Of a stretch of DNA of 64,000 bases, positions 12,165-24,209 are shown in pieces (the stretch's first letter is position 1; every line of letters starts with the position of its first letter). Position numbers and translations under genes: made by a program. The notes beneath the pieces are model-generated. The model saw nothing but the letters and a program-made list of their open reading frames with translations. It had not been told where the DNA came from and searched no databases. This DNA is from Vicugna vicugna (Eukaryota), in NCBI GenBank assembly GCA_013265495.1, contig MU063499.1, positions 248,001 through 312,000 on the forward strand, read 5' to 3'.

Positions 12165-12784
12165 GGCGGCGGCAAGTGCCAGGGGCCGGAACCCGGGTGC
12201 CTGGCAACAGGCAAACACCCCTCCCCCGGGGGCAGGCTAGGCAGCAGGTTCCAGCTGGGCCCATGGCTTTCATGAGGGGCCACCTGGCCAGAAGGTATAG
12301 GACAGGGGATTTGTTCCAGGGCTGGGAGGATGGCGTCTTGGGGCCCAGGGCTGAAGAAGTGCCTCCTTTCCCCTCTCCCACCTCCTCACCTAACATCCAA
12401 CCCCTGAAACTCTCACCCCAACAGCTCCCCATGCTGCTCTCCACCCGCCCCTAGCAGAGCGCACAGAGCATTCTGGTCCCCTCCACCCAGCTCAGTTCCA
12501 TAGTCCTTGCGACAACAGAGTGAATGCTAAAAATGTGGAAATAAAGCTTAAAGGCTCACCCTTGGCCTGTGAGGTGCCTGTGCTTTGGCCTCCTAGGTGT
12601 TCCTTGAACACACCCGCTGCTCCCGACGCCAGGAGCACTGTCCTGGAAAGAGACTTCTCATGGCTGGCGTTTCAGTTCAAGTGTCACCTGCTCCCTGAGC
12701 CTCCCTCCCAGGACCATCCTGGGTAACACAATCCCTTCTCTCTCACAAGACCCTGTTTTATTTCCTTCAAAGCATTTCTCTGTA

Positions 12785-13249
12785 CAGGTGTACCTCGGAG
12801 ATACAGTGGTTCAGTTCCAGGCCACCACAATAGGGCGAGTCACACAAATTTTTTGTGTCCCAGTGCACATAAAAGTTATGTTTACACTACACTGTAGTCT
12901 TAAGTGTGCAGTAGCATTATGTTGAAAAAAAAGTACATACCTTAGTACAAACACACTTTACTTCTAAAAAATGCTAACCAGCAGGCGAGCCTTCAGTGAG
13001 TCACAGCAATAACATCAAAGATCATTGATGTCAGATCCACATAATATAATAATAATGAAAAAGTTTGCAATATTGCAAGAATTACCAAAATGTGACACTG
13101 TCACAAGAAGTGAGCAAATGTTGTGGGGTAAGATGGCACCGACAGGCTTGCTCAAGGTGGGGTTGCCACAAACTTTTCAACTTGTTAAAAAAAACACAAA
13201 AAACAAAAAATGCACTACTTGTGAGGTGCAATAAAGTGAGGTCTGCCTG
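12785..13249 (-). mobile_element. Tigger1-derived MITE (internal deletion derivative), 465 bp
   Basis: Terminal inverted repeats CAGGTGTACCTC...GAGGTCTGCCTG flanked by TA duplications (12783-84, 13250-51); sits inside L2-like sequence. Confidence 0.8.
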
Positions 13250-13299
13250 TATCTGCAAGTTTATGTTTGAGGTTTACCTTCCACTCCAGCGCAGAAGCG

Positions 13300-13400
13300 T
13301 CAGTTAACCAGTATTTACCAAGCACCTCCGTGTGCTAGGCGCTGTTCCTGGTGGGTGGACGCAGCATAACAGAGAAGACAAAGAGCCCTGACTTCCTGGG
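13300..13400 (-). mobile_element. L2 3' end fragment
   Basis: cagtatttaccaagcacctccgtgtgctaggcgctgttc...acagagaagacaaagagccctgac. Confidence 0.55.
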
Positions 13401-13667
13401 TGAGGTTGGGGGGTGGGGGTGGGGAAGACAGATGATTTGTGAACACGATGCATGGCACTGACTCAGGTCAGGATAGAAACAGCCAGGCAAGGGAATGCCT
13501 CCGTGCGTTGCAGGGCAGGACAGCTTAGCTTCTGTCCTCTGGCCCAGCACCGAGCCCAGCACCTGGTCATCACTTGCCAACGGCAAAGCTCTCATGTTTT
13601 GGCAGGTGACATGAGCCTAGCACTGTCGCAAGCCTTTTGTGGCATTTACTCATTTAATACTCATTGT

Positions 13668-13803
13668 GGGGGAAGGGTATATAGCTCAGTGGTAGAGCGC
13701 ATGCTTAGCATGCATGAGGTCCTGGGTTCAATCCCCAGTACCTCCATTTGAAAAAAAAAACTAAATAAATACACCTAATTACCTCCCCAGCCAGCAAAAA
13801 AAC
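13668..13803 (+). mobile_element. tRNA-derived SINE (camelid Vic-1-like)
   Basis: ggggaagggtatatagctcagtggtagagcgcatgcttagcatgcatgaggtcctgggttcaatccccagtacctcc with Pol III A and B boxes and A-rich tail. Confidence 0.88.
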
Positions 13804-13804
13804 A

Positions 13805-13890
13805 TTCATTGAGCAACCCAGGAGGTGGGTACTATTACCATTCCTGCTCGCTTGGTGAGGACACTGAGGCCCAGAAAGATTCAACCCCCA
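13805..13890. mobile_element. MIR fragment
   Basis: Core-like gggtactattaccatt...tgaggacactgaggcccagaaag. Confidence 0.5.
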
Positions 13891-14523
13891 CCCTGGGCCC
13901 TCAGTCACTCAGTATCAGCTGGCCTGAAGGCCCCCTGCTACCCACTAGACCATCTGGCCAGATGCTGGTGGTTTACGGCAGAAACCAACACATGGTCCTT
14001 GGCCAACAGTGCCCTGTGAAGCCCAGGTGATCTAATTATACAAACAGGCATTTTACCCCTAGTAAAGTAATTGCTCACATTCTTACTTTTAAATGCAGAC
14101 CAGCAACCCCTGTGAACACCTGCACTGTCTCAGTGGGTTGCTCAGGTGTTCACACCACACCCTCCAGGGGCTGCCCAGTGGTACCCTGCCTGCCCTGCAC
14201 CTTATCGGGTGTCCCTGAGAACAGATCACTCCTGAGAAGCAGCTCTGATTCCATCTAGCTTATAGCTGAGGACACAGGCGCTGAGGGCTGTGCGCGGCTG
14301 GGGAGAAACTTGGACCTGGGAAGCCCCCACCCTGGGCCTGGCCGCATAGCTCTCCCTCCTGCTCCGCACGCCCCCTGCTTGACCCGGCCCTCTCCACACC
14401 TTCCCCCCAACTTCTGACTCCAGCCCCAACTTTTGGGCAGAAGAAGGGTCTGTAGCCAGGACTGTGGATCATGCCCCTGCCCCCACCAAACCACAGCAGA
14501 GCCTGGCATTGGGCAAACAAATC

Positions 14524-14529
14524 TTTATT
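14524..14529 (-). terminator. SLC26A6 poly(A) signal AATAAA
   Basis: TTTATT on plus, about 230 nt after the TGA stop. Confidence 0.75.
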
Positions 14530-14756
14530 CCTGAGACTAAAACCATGTATGCTCCTCCAACTTGCCCAGTGCCTCATCGCAGGCCTAGAGAATTGAACTT
14601 GGAGTCCCAGGACCTCCATCCCTGAGTTGTGTGTGTGTGTGCATGTGGAGGGGACTCCTGGGGAACACATGGAGGCAGCCCAGGGGTTGGGGGGTTCTCA
14701 TGGGTACCCCATCACAACCTCCAGATGTGAGCAGTCTCAGGCAGGGGGCAGCACGG

Positions 14757-17700
14757 TCAGAGTTTGGTAACCTGGCCAGGGAGAGGAGAGAGGCTCCTGT
14801 CAGTTTCCAAAGGACACATACCACCCCCTCTCCCAGGAGCAGCTTCATCTAAAGGCAGGAGGGAAAGGCAGGGGGTCCACAGCGGGCAGAGCCATTCAGA
14901 GCCATCCAGGCAGGGTGGACTTCCTGTAACTGGGCTCAGGGTGGGACAAGCAGTAGATAAACAAAAAGAGCTTGGCTAGAGGTCAGCTCACCGAAACAGG
15001 GCTGACGGGGCTGGACCTCAGACGCTGGAGTGCAAAGATGACAGCATCGTGGACAGAGGCAAAGAGATGCTGCTTGGTGATAGTTGCATCGAAGAAGTGC
15101 CCGGCCTCAAGCTGGGTGATCACGGGAGCTGGAGGTAAGGAGAGGTCTCTCCTGACTCGCAGAACCACCAAGAAACCCAACCCCCAGGCACCAGCAGAAT
15201 GTCACCTTGACTTTCACTCCTGAGGTTTATAGCTAACCTCCAACACTTGACCCTTGACCTCTGCCTCCCAGGACACCTCTGACCTCCAGTTTCAGATAAA
15301 GACTTTCTCCCTGTGCCTTGGCAGATACCTTGGCTGGAATCCCCACACCCCACCTGGACCACTCCTGGTGTCCCCACCCCACGTACAGTGACAGGAGGCC
15401 ATGTAGACTTCCACCTCGATCTCCCGGAAGTCACGGAAAATCTGCAGCAGAAAGGGGGGCCAGCCTCAGGGGGAGGCTCAGGGGTTCTGAGTGGGGACTC
15501 AGGCAGGCAGCAGGGGTCCGAGGGGGAGCTCAGAGAGTCTGGGGATCAGGCTCAGAGGGTTCTTGGACCTTGTCAAGGGGTCAGAGTGGAGAGGCCTCAT
15601 CCCCCCCGCCAGGGCCCATCTCAGGGGTGCCCCCAGCCCCTTACATTCTTCAGGCTTTTGAGGAACACAGTGTCTACAAAGGAGAGGGCGCCCAGATCCA
15701 GGATGAGGCTGTGGAAATCTGGCTGAGGCAGGCCCAGGGCCTTCAGTGAGGACATGTCTGGGGCCTTGGCATCTTCTGGACCCCTGGCTGCCATATCCTC
15801 TAGCTCATTCCCTGCAGTCCCCTGCTGGGGAAGCAAACACACTGCGAGGGCCGCCCGTGGTGGGTGAAGGCAGAGAATGTGCAGAGATGTGCAGAGATGC
15901 ACAGGATCAGACGTGGGAGCGTGAATGTCAGCTCCCACATATATGGGGCATGCAGGGGACACATGAGGACATGGACACAAGGAGCCTGTATGTCAAGACA
16001 GGAGGGACACATGGGGACACACAGGAGAGGATGCCCAGACTCAGGGAGCACACGCAGACATGCATCTCCTGCTCTTTTATCCCCGGGTTCAGCCTTAATA
16101 GGGATGCTTAAGAAGGAGGGGTGCTGGGAGACCATGCCCCATCTTAAGCCAGAGTGGAGTGGGCAGGGGGCTCGGGGATAAACCAGAAGACACATGTGGA
16201 CACATGTGGATACATAGGTATCTTGGACTTCGCCTGAGCCTCTAATTGAGATTGGTGTCCCCTTTAATCCCAGATTTTTCCCGCATGCCTCATCCTTTCC
16301 CTCTACCCATGAGCACAGACTGCAGGGTCTTATGGAATCCACAAATTCAGGGTCTTCACCTAGACCTCAGATTACAGACCGGAGAGCCACAAGCAGAACT
16401 GGGTGGCACATCACTAGAGATCTCCCCACAGAGCTTCTGATCCATTGCCTCATTCCTCCTGCCAATGGCACAACAATCTGGAATCCATAGCTTGTGGGTC
16501 TACGAATTTCCCCACAGGTCATGCCCGGGCACCCTCATCTCTGCAGCGCATGGCTGGCCCCTCTCCCACCTCCAGCCGCACCTTGGCCTTGGAGTCCTCT
16601 GCATTGCTGCTGTCGATGTCGGTGACACTGGCGTTGACACTGATGGAAACCGAAGTGCCCTTGGAGGCGGCAGCCTAGGCCGGGGAAGAGGGGGGCTAGA
16701 AAGAGCTGGCCCAGCTGTCGTATGACAGGCAGGCCTGGTGTCATCCACTGGCTTTGGGAAGGTAGGTGGATCAGGACCTGAAGTTTGGGACCCAGGGCAG
16801 CCAGGCTGAAGGCCTTGGGGTTTGGACCAGCTTCAGGGATAGCCATAAATGGAATATGACTGTGGCAGTTCATGCTGTCACCAGCTTAGCAGGTGAGAGA
16901 AAGACAAAATGGCCCCTCTAGAGCCTTGACCTGCCAGAGGAGTAAAGCAGGGTCCCCGAGAGCATCAGGGAGAGAGGAGGAGGGATGAAGAATGAGGTGG
17001 GAAGCCAGGAGGCTGGGAAAGGCTGGGTGGGGTCAGCGGCAGGAGTCGCTGGCTCAGAGGGGCCCCTGCCTGTTTCAGGAGCTTATTCTCCTTCTGCAGT
17101 CGCTTCAGCTTCAGCTCCTGCTTCCTGAGCAGCTTCTTCTTCTGGGAGATGAGGTGGTCCACGTTCACACCGCACTAGAACAGAGGGCAGGGCAGGGGAT
17201 GTGGACCCTGGGGAGGTGAGGAGCCCTCTGCCACTTACTCCGTGGACCCCAGGCCTCACCCTCTGCTTCAGCGCGTCACTGTAGAGCTCAGCGTTGGCAA
17301 AGTACACGGTGGCCGAGGAGCGGAACACCTTCACGCCCGGGACCTCCCTGGCCTGCAGATGGGTCAGGGTTGGGGGTGGCTGAGCCCTCGTCTCTCCTAG
17401 CGGCATCCTGTTCTCCTTTCTTTCTTCTCTGTGTGCCTCCCATATCTGTCCCCTCCAACCCTCTGCTCCCCAGGGAGATAGAGGCCCAGCCTGCCCGGGT
17501 TATTCTGACCCCTTATCCTGTTCCCTCTGCCAGGCCCTCAGCCACCTTCCTCTTCTTTCTTCAGGGCATCCTGAACCTCTCCTGCTCCATTTCCCCTGCC
17601 TTTCTGCCAACACCCAGGCCAGGTTTCAAAGGCTCTCAGCCTCCACTTGGGTCTCCAGTCCCTGCACTGTGGGCTGTTTTCTGCGTGTGGACAGACGGCC

Positions 17701-20700
17701 CCACCTCAGCTGCCAGACCAGCCAAGCCTTCCCTGGCTCCCACCCAAGTCAGGCTCCCACTCCAGGTCTCTGCTCAGCATTTGGGCCCAAGTGATGTCCT
17801 CTCCCCACCACTTCCCTTTCCATCCAGCTGAGCTGCTCCCCTGATGTCCTCCCCTCATTTTGCCTCATCATATTGTGCTCAGCCCTCAAGGCTCCATCTC
17901 AGGCAGAATGATCTGGTTTTATTCCAGAGCCCCCACCTTTGTTCCCAGAGCTTGGCATGAGACTTCTCAGGTGGTAAATGAGGGACAGAGATTCAGTAAA
18001 CCCACTGATCAGATCAAGAAACAGTCTCCCCTACATCCTGGTGCCCTAGAGCTTGCTGCTCAGCATTCCTGACCCAAGGCTATTCTGCAGGATGAGGCTT
18101 GTACGGCTGCCTCTAACACAGACCCTGTCCCCCAACCCCCAGGCCCATACTCTGAATGGAAGGGTCATAGACCCAAATTTCTCCCTTGAAATTCCAAGGT
18201 CCAAAGCACCCTTAGTGCCCCACTATGCTGTTTTTGTCCCACCCCATCCACGCCTTCCTCTTGCTTAGTCCCTGCCACTCACTTCTGAGTATTCTGCCAC
18301 ATCTCTGTAAATATCCGTGTCTGGCACCTGGCCCAGGACAGAGTAGTGGGGCCTGTGAAGGAGAGAGTGAGTGTGAGATAAGAGTGGTGTTAGGAGAAAG
18401 AGTGACAAGGGGGTACTAATGAGCCTGGGGTCACCCTCAAGATGTAGGAAAGCTGGGGGAAGCCAGGGTGGACTCCTTCATCAGCTGGAATGAGGGTACC
18501 AAAGAGGCGACTCACATCTGTGTGCGGACCACCACGAGCAGCAGGGAGAAGACTACTGCCACTACCAGACCAATGTCCAGGTTCAGCAGGATAGTGGCTA
18601 CAAAGGTCACCAGCCAGATGAGCTGAAAATAGAAGGGCAGGGGTCAACAGGGTCTAGATGGGCCACTGGGGCTGAGGGGCCTGCTCCTGCCCCCGGCACC
18701 CAGGCCTCTCACCAGATCCACTCTATTTGCCTTCCAGAGGGAGCATATGTCTCTGAACTGCATCAGCATGCCCTTCAGATTCACGATGATGACGGCTGCC
18801 AGGACTGCCTAGGGGACAGGAGCGCGGCAGCAGGGACTAAGAAGTGCCTGGAAGCCGACAACCCAGACTGCCTGGGCATCAGCCATGCTGATCCCAAGAG
18901 TCTCAGTATGACCCCAAGTGACACTGACCACCACCTGCCCCCCTCACCTAACCTGCATCTGACTCTGAAAAGTTCTCACCCATGACCCTTGACTCCAAAT
19001 TTCACCCCAGAGATCGCAAGCTTGACAAACAGCATGACCCTGTATCCCTCCCCCTTACCCAGGACCCGAGTGACTGATCTGCATCCCTGGCCTGGCCAAG
19101 GCCCTCAGGCCTGGCTGGGTGGGGGTGGGGGTGCAGGCTCACCTTGGGCAGGTCTTGGAAGAGTTCACCAAGTTTGAGGATGATAATGAGGATGAAGAGG
19201 GAGGAGACGGCTCCAGCCACCTGCGGAGTGGGAGTACGCAGGGAGTGGGCCCGTGTACAGGGGAACTGGGGGAGCAGGGGGTAGGGAGAGAGAGGGAAAG
19301 GGGAGGCACAGACGCACACCCCCGCCCACACCTGAAACCCACCTGTGTGTTGCCCCCCGTGCTCTCCTGAACCAGGCTCCGGGACATAGAGCAGCTCACA
19401 GGGAAGCACTGGAAGATGCCCCCGATGAGGTTACTAAGGCCGAGGGCCACCAGCTCCTGGAGGGGGGAGTCCAGGTGTGAGGATCTTTCACTAGCAGTGC
19501 CTGGTCACTGCGTCTAGGCCCACCTCCATCCTCACTCAGTAGTCCCCAAAGACTTGGCTGCTGTCCCCTCCTGTCCTGCTCTCCCATCCTCAGTCCCCCC
19601 TCCTGGCTGCAGCCCATCTGTTTGCTGTTTCCCTGTGTCCCTAGGCCCTGGGGTCCCTGTACACCTGCCCCCTCATGTCCCTCATCCCATCCCCCAGACC
19701 TGGTTGCTGTCCACCCGGTAGCCATGCCTCAGGGCAAAAATCTTCCCCAGCGAGATGGCAATGGCGAACCCAACCACAGCGATGGCGAAGGCATTTCCCA
19801 CAAGCTTGGCAAACAGCTGGGGGCTGGGGGCCACTGGAGGCAGCATCCTGTGAGGGGCATCCGTGAGGCCACAGGAAGGTTCTGGCCCTGGCCACCCAAA
19901 CCCTCCCTGACCCAACTGGGGCCAGAGCTCACCCTGCAGGGATTTTGCCCACGACATCCACCCCAAATCTGTGCTGCAGGCCCACGCCGTAGGAGATGCC
20001 CGTGGCCCCGATGAGCTTGGGGGGAGAGGACAGAGTCAGGGGAGGGAGGTGCCAGCACCATTGTTAAGGGGGATGGAGAAACCACTCTGGGGGTGAAGGA
20101 AGAAGCCTGAAGCGAAATCTTCAGAGAGGTGGGGAGAAGTCAGCAAAAGGGTGAGAGACAGACACCGCCATCTGGGGAAAGGGGAGATGCTGTAGGGGAC
20201 TATGCTGTGGCCTCCCCAGTCCTCAGGAACGCTTACCACTGCCCACTCCAGCTAGTCTTTCAATACCTTATGGATGCCCATGTGGCAGGGACATATTCTC
20301 ACTTGCCCTTCCCCCGTGCCCAACACCCTGAGTTCGAACCGTAAGCAGCTCCCCGGGGATCGGCAGGGGCAGATGTCGACGTAGTTTGTCATTCAACAGC
20401 TTCACCAGCACGAGTACCACCCCTGCCACAACTGCGGTCACCATGGTGCCCACCACGCTCTGGGGCAGCTTCCAGCAGACCTCCAGTACTGTCTGAGGGG
20501 AGACAGGGTCACAGCCAGCGCTCAAGGTCCTGGGCACACCCATCAGTTCCTCCTCCCACCCTCCAGTCCCTCCTCCTACCCTCACTCACATAGATGAGGG
20601 ACAGCGGCCCAGAGCGGCTGCTCAGATAGAGGCCAAACACATACTTGAGCTGCGAGACGAAGACCTGCACGGATGCAGCTGTGGTATAGCCGCGGACAAG

Positions 20701-23700
20701 AGGCTCAGACAGGTAGGTGACCACAAAGCCGAAATGCACCAGGCCTAGCCCCACCTGTGGGGTGGATGGGGCAGTCAGGGGAGGAGAGGGTCCTAGGGGT
20801 GGCCAGAGCAGAGCCCAGGGCAGGTGGGATCAGAGGGGTATGAGTGATGGAGGGGGAATACGGTGATGGCCCGACACTCAGGGGAACTGGCAGATGGGGT
20901 TGGGGCTGGGTTGGGCAGTCGGGGGCATGTACTCCTGACCTGGAAGAGGCCAACCAGGACACTGAGTGTGGAGGCCAGCTGCACCCGGGCAGCGTCTCTG
21001 GCCGTTACATTGACTGTGGAGTTCAAGTCCTGCAGGAAGGCCTCATCTGGGGCCAGCGATTCTGTCACACTGCCCACCATCACGGACATGACAGCAAAAG
21101 TGCCTGCAGAGACAGATCAGGGTAGGTCTCAAAGATAAAGGACACTGCCCTGCCCTGCAGCCCTGGTCTTAAGGGAGAGGCCAGGAGACATGCAATTCTA
21201 GACAAATATCCTCAGACTAGGCCATGCAAATAGAGGCAAGGCTGTCAGTCAGACATGAACCCTAAGTTCAAAGCTCTTGAGGGCAACTAGAAATGTTCAA
21301 GGACTCTTAAGTGCAGCCCCCATCATCTACCTTGACCGACCTGTGTCCACTGGCTCAGGACCGCTCCCCTTGTAAAAGGTGGAATGGGGAAGAGAGCATG
21401 ACCTGCCTCAGGCTATCAGTTCTGTTCCAAGTCTGGGCCCCTTGAGTTGCTTCACTCACCAGCTGACCCTGGCCCAGTTGCTCCTAGGCCAGGGCCTCTG
21501 TGGAACCTGAATCTGTGGCTCTGTGGTCAGAGGTCCAGTGCTGCCTGGGAATGACCCTTGGGCCGGCCTCCCAGCAGCCCAGCACCAATGCCTCCCTCCC
21601 TCTTCCTGATGTTTCCTTGCCCTGCTCAGCCCTCCCTCACCCTTTCCTCTGTGGAGAATGTGAACAGCCTCCTGTAAGGCTGGGCCTGCTCCACTCACCC
21701 ACGGAGATGTGCCGGGAAGTGCCGAATAGGAAATAGATAAAGACAGGGTAGAAGGAACTGTAGAGGCCAAACACAGGGGGCAGTCCAGCCAGAAGGGCGT
21801 AGGCCAGGCCTGGGGATGGAATGGTAGCAATGTAGGCTTGGAGGACAGGACCTTGAAAGGATGAGGGAATCCCAGCCCTAGGTCATGGGCCATAGTTCCA
21901 GGGGCAGGGGTCATGGCTTCAGGTTTGGAGTAGGGGGTGTTGCAGACCACAGGGCCTCCAGGCCAGGGCCTTGAACGGTCAGGGTCACCACCCAAGGGTT
22001 AAGGGTGCAGCCTCGGGGCCAGGGGTGGCTCACCCTGTGGTAGCTGCATAATGGCCACACTCAGGCCAGACAACAGGTCACCCAGAAGCCACTCACGCAC
22101 TGGATACTGGGGTAGCCAAGCCAAAATTGGGAGGTATTGGAGCAGAAGGGCTCGGGCCCGAGCACGGGAACACCTGGAGACACAAGGGTAGGTATTAGGG
22201 ACAGGTGCTACCTAAGTCCTGCAGGGTTCCCAGCCCCCACCCATCTCACCGAAACCAGGTTCGCCATTGGCGGGTCCCAGCTGCTGAACCCCTCCTTCCC
22301 AGCTCCTCCAGCCGTTCCTGGTTCAGCAGTGGCCGCTCCACATGGTAGTCTCGCCTCCTCAGCTCCATCGCATGCGTTGTGGACAGCAGTGCCTGTGTGT
22401 CCCTTTGTCTGGGGTGGTGAGGCGAGAGACATAGTGAGGGCACTCCTGGCCCTACCTCCCCAAGGGACCAGAAAGTCACCCACCTGACTTCTCTAGGTCC
22501 CAAGATCTAGGTAGGTCCAACCCCCCCAGCTGGTTCCTGCGGGCTCCATGCCCACGCCCAGCCAGGGGCAGTACCTGAACTTTGGCTGGTGGCAGACTCT
22601 TGATGGGCCAAAGTCCCCCACGAAGACAGCAGGATGAGCGCAACCAAAGCTTCAGCCCAGCTGCGACTGCCCAGCCCTGAGTGTTCACCAGTCTGGGTCC
22701 CAGGCTGACTGCCCCTCCTAGCCCCCTTCCCTCAGGCCCTGCTCTTCCCCAGCCAATCCCTGTCTAGTCTGAGTCCTTATCCAACTGCCCATGAGCCCAG
22801 TGCATGCTGTCTGGGAGCACATGCAAGGAAGGAATCCAGCAAACTAGGCAAGATTTTCGTCACATGAGGAGGCTCTAAGAGAAGGTAAGTTTTGGGGCTA
22901 AGATTGCCCCTGGGCCTCTGGCCCCAGGGTCCAGACTGTAGACAAGTTCAGGCCTCTTCTGGGAAAGCCAGGGGTGGCTCTCACCTGGAAGGAAAGGTTT
23001 CTGCCTGTAAAGGCAAGCTCCCATCTGAAGGGGGAACGATCTCACCTAAGGGGAAGCTCTCACCTGACAGGAAAGTTTTCACCAGTGAGGTAAGTTCTGT
23101 CCTGGGGAGAATTTCTCATCTGCCCAGTAGCTACCACCGAATAAGGGGAAAGATCTCACTTGGGAATCTAGGAGATGTGGGGAGAGGGAGTTCTTACCCG
23201 GGGGAAGCTATCCCAGGAACAGTTCTCACCTGGGAATAGGAGCTCTTAGAAGGGGAGGGCTTATCTGGGGGAAAGTTTTCACCTGCCAGGAATGTTCCGG
23301 TCTAGAGGGGATTCTCACTTAAGGGAAGCTCTGACCTGGGGGAGGCTCCCACCTATAATGGGAGAAAGCTTTCACCTGGTAGTGGATTCCAGAAAGGGGA
23401 GTCTTACCTGGAGGGAAGCTCTCCCCTGCTGGGAAAGCCTTTACCTGTCAGGAAAGTTCTGATCTGTGAGAAACTCTGACCAAGGTGGGGGATCCCACCC
23501 GAGTGGCAGGAGCTCACCTAGAAAAGGCCTCTAACCTGGATGTCCCGGTTGGAGGAAGGAGTGGAGAGGGTGCAAGGACGATCCTTGGAGACTCTGCATC
23601 GCCGTCTCACAGAGATCTTTGAGCCCCCTCGCCCCTCCTCCGTGAGTCACTCGAGGTCTTAAAGGGCTCCCCCACCCCCGGCCCCCCCCCCGCAGGATCC

Positions 23701-24209
23701 GTGCTCGGAAGGCGGGGCTGAAATCTGTGGCCCCACCCGCCTGGGAGGGCCCGGCAGGCTGAAAGGCGGGAGAACTAATTCCAGGACCAGTTGCATCGCT
23801 GGGTAGACTCAGGCTCCCGTTATGGACACTCTTGCAGCGACCTCCCGGGCCCCAGCGCGCATTTCCTGGGCCGGGGCTCCTCTGCACGCAGCCGCCTACG
23901 GGCGGTCCCCGGCTAACCCTCGAACGGCGCTCAAGCGGCTTTCCGCACAGCCCGCAGGAGCCGAGGTCGCTCCGGCTCCCGCCCCATCCCTCGCTACAGC
24001 TGGGCAGCCGCCTGCGTAAGATCGACAAAGCGGTAAACCGACGCGCGGCAGGCGGGAAATGCCTGCTTGGGACTCGGCGGTACCCCTTCCGCGCTGACCC
24101 AAGCCGGGCGCCTGCGCGGGGGCCGAAGGGCGGCCCGCGCCTCGCAGACTGGAACATGGGGAACCCGGGCCCCGCCCTGCACTCACCCCGGCGCTTCCGA
24201 TAGCCCCAT
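14757..24209 (-). CDS. SLC26A6: Solute carrier family 26 member 6 (anion exchanger with STAS domain), 762 aa
   Basis: 21 exons: 24187-24209, 22250-22408, 22034-22173, 21699-21809, 20940-21103, 20590-20754, 20340-20492, 19933-20015, 19700-19847, 19343-19456, 19143-19220, 18713-18808, 18516-18622, 18283-18352, 17260-17352, 17070-17174 (GC donor), 16582-16674, 15645-15824 (NAGNAG acceptor), 15387-15441, 14992-15128, 14757-14771. Sum 2289 nt, open frame. Motifs [28 protein letters not shown] and [21 protein letters not shown]; C-terminal PDZ-type VTKL*. Confidence 0.97.
22409..22463 (-). ncRNA. Candidate 5'-tailed mirtron hairpin at the 3' end of SLC26A6 intron 1 (MIR6824-like)
   Basis: Minus UUGGGGAGGUAGGGCCAGGAG...UCUCUCGCCUCACCACCCCAG; G-rich and C-rich arms pair and the hairpin ends exactly at the acceptor AG. 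Resembles human mir-6824 as I recall it. Confidence 0.4.
22960..23540. repeat. Degenerate minisatellite (about 18-22 bp unit, AGCTCTCACCTGGGGGGA-like) in SLC26A6 intron 1
   Basis: Roughly 25 recurrences of (t/c)tcacct, cttacct or close variants, each followed by G/A-rich linkers. Confidence 0.7.

Noticed and set aside
12034-12454. 136-aa and 138-aa ORFs overlapping the TMEM89 start on both strands
   Set aside because: Expected in GC-rich sequence; the TMEM89 ATG has a perfect Kozak, and the ORF-track extension at 12218 starts at GTG.
13668-13745. tRNA gene
   Set aside because: A and B boxes are present, but the cloverleaf is degenerate and followed by a SINE body and A-rich tail; it is a SINE.
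22960-23540. Repeat-spacer-like pattern as a possible CRISPR array
   Set aside because: Mammalian intron; units are degenerate and variable, with no unique fixed-length spacers and no cas genes.
23531-24157. 208-aa minus-strand ORF in SLC26A6 intron 1
   Set aside because: GC-island artefact with Gly/Arg/Pro-biased composition; no recognisable homology.
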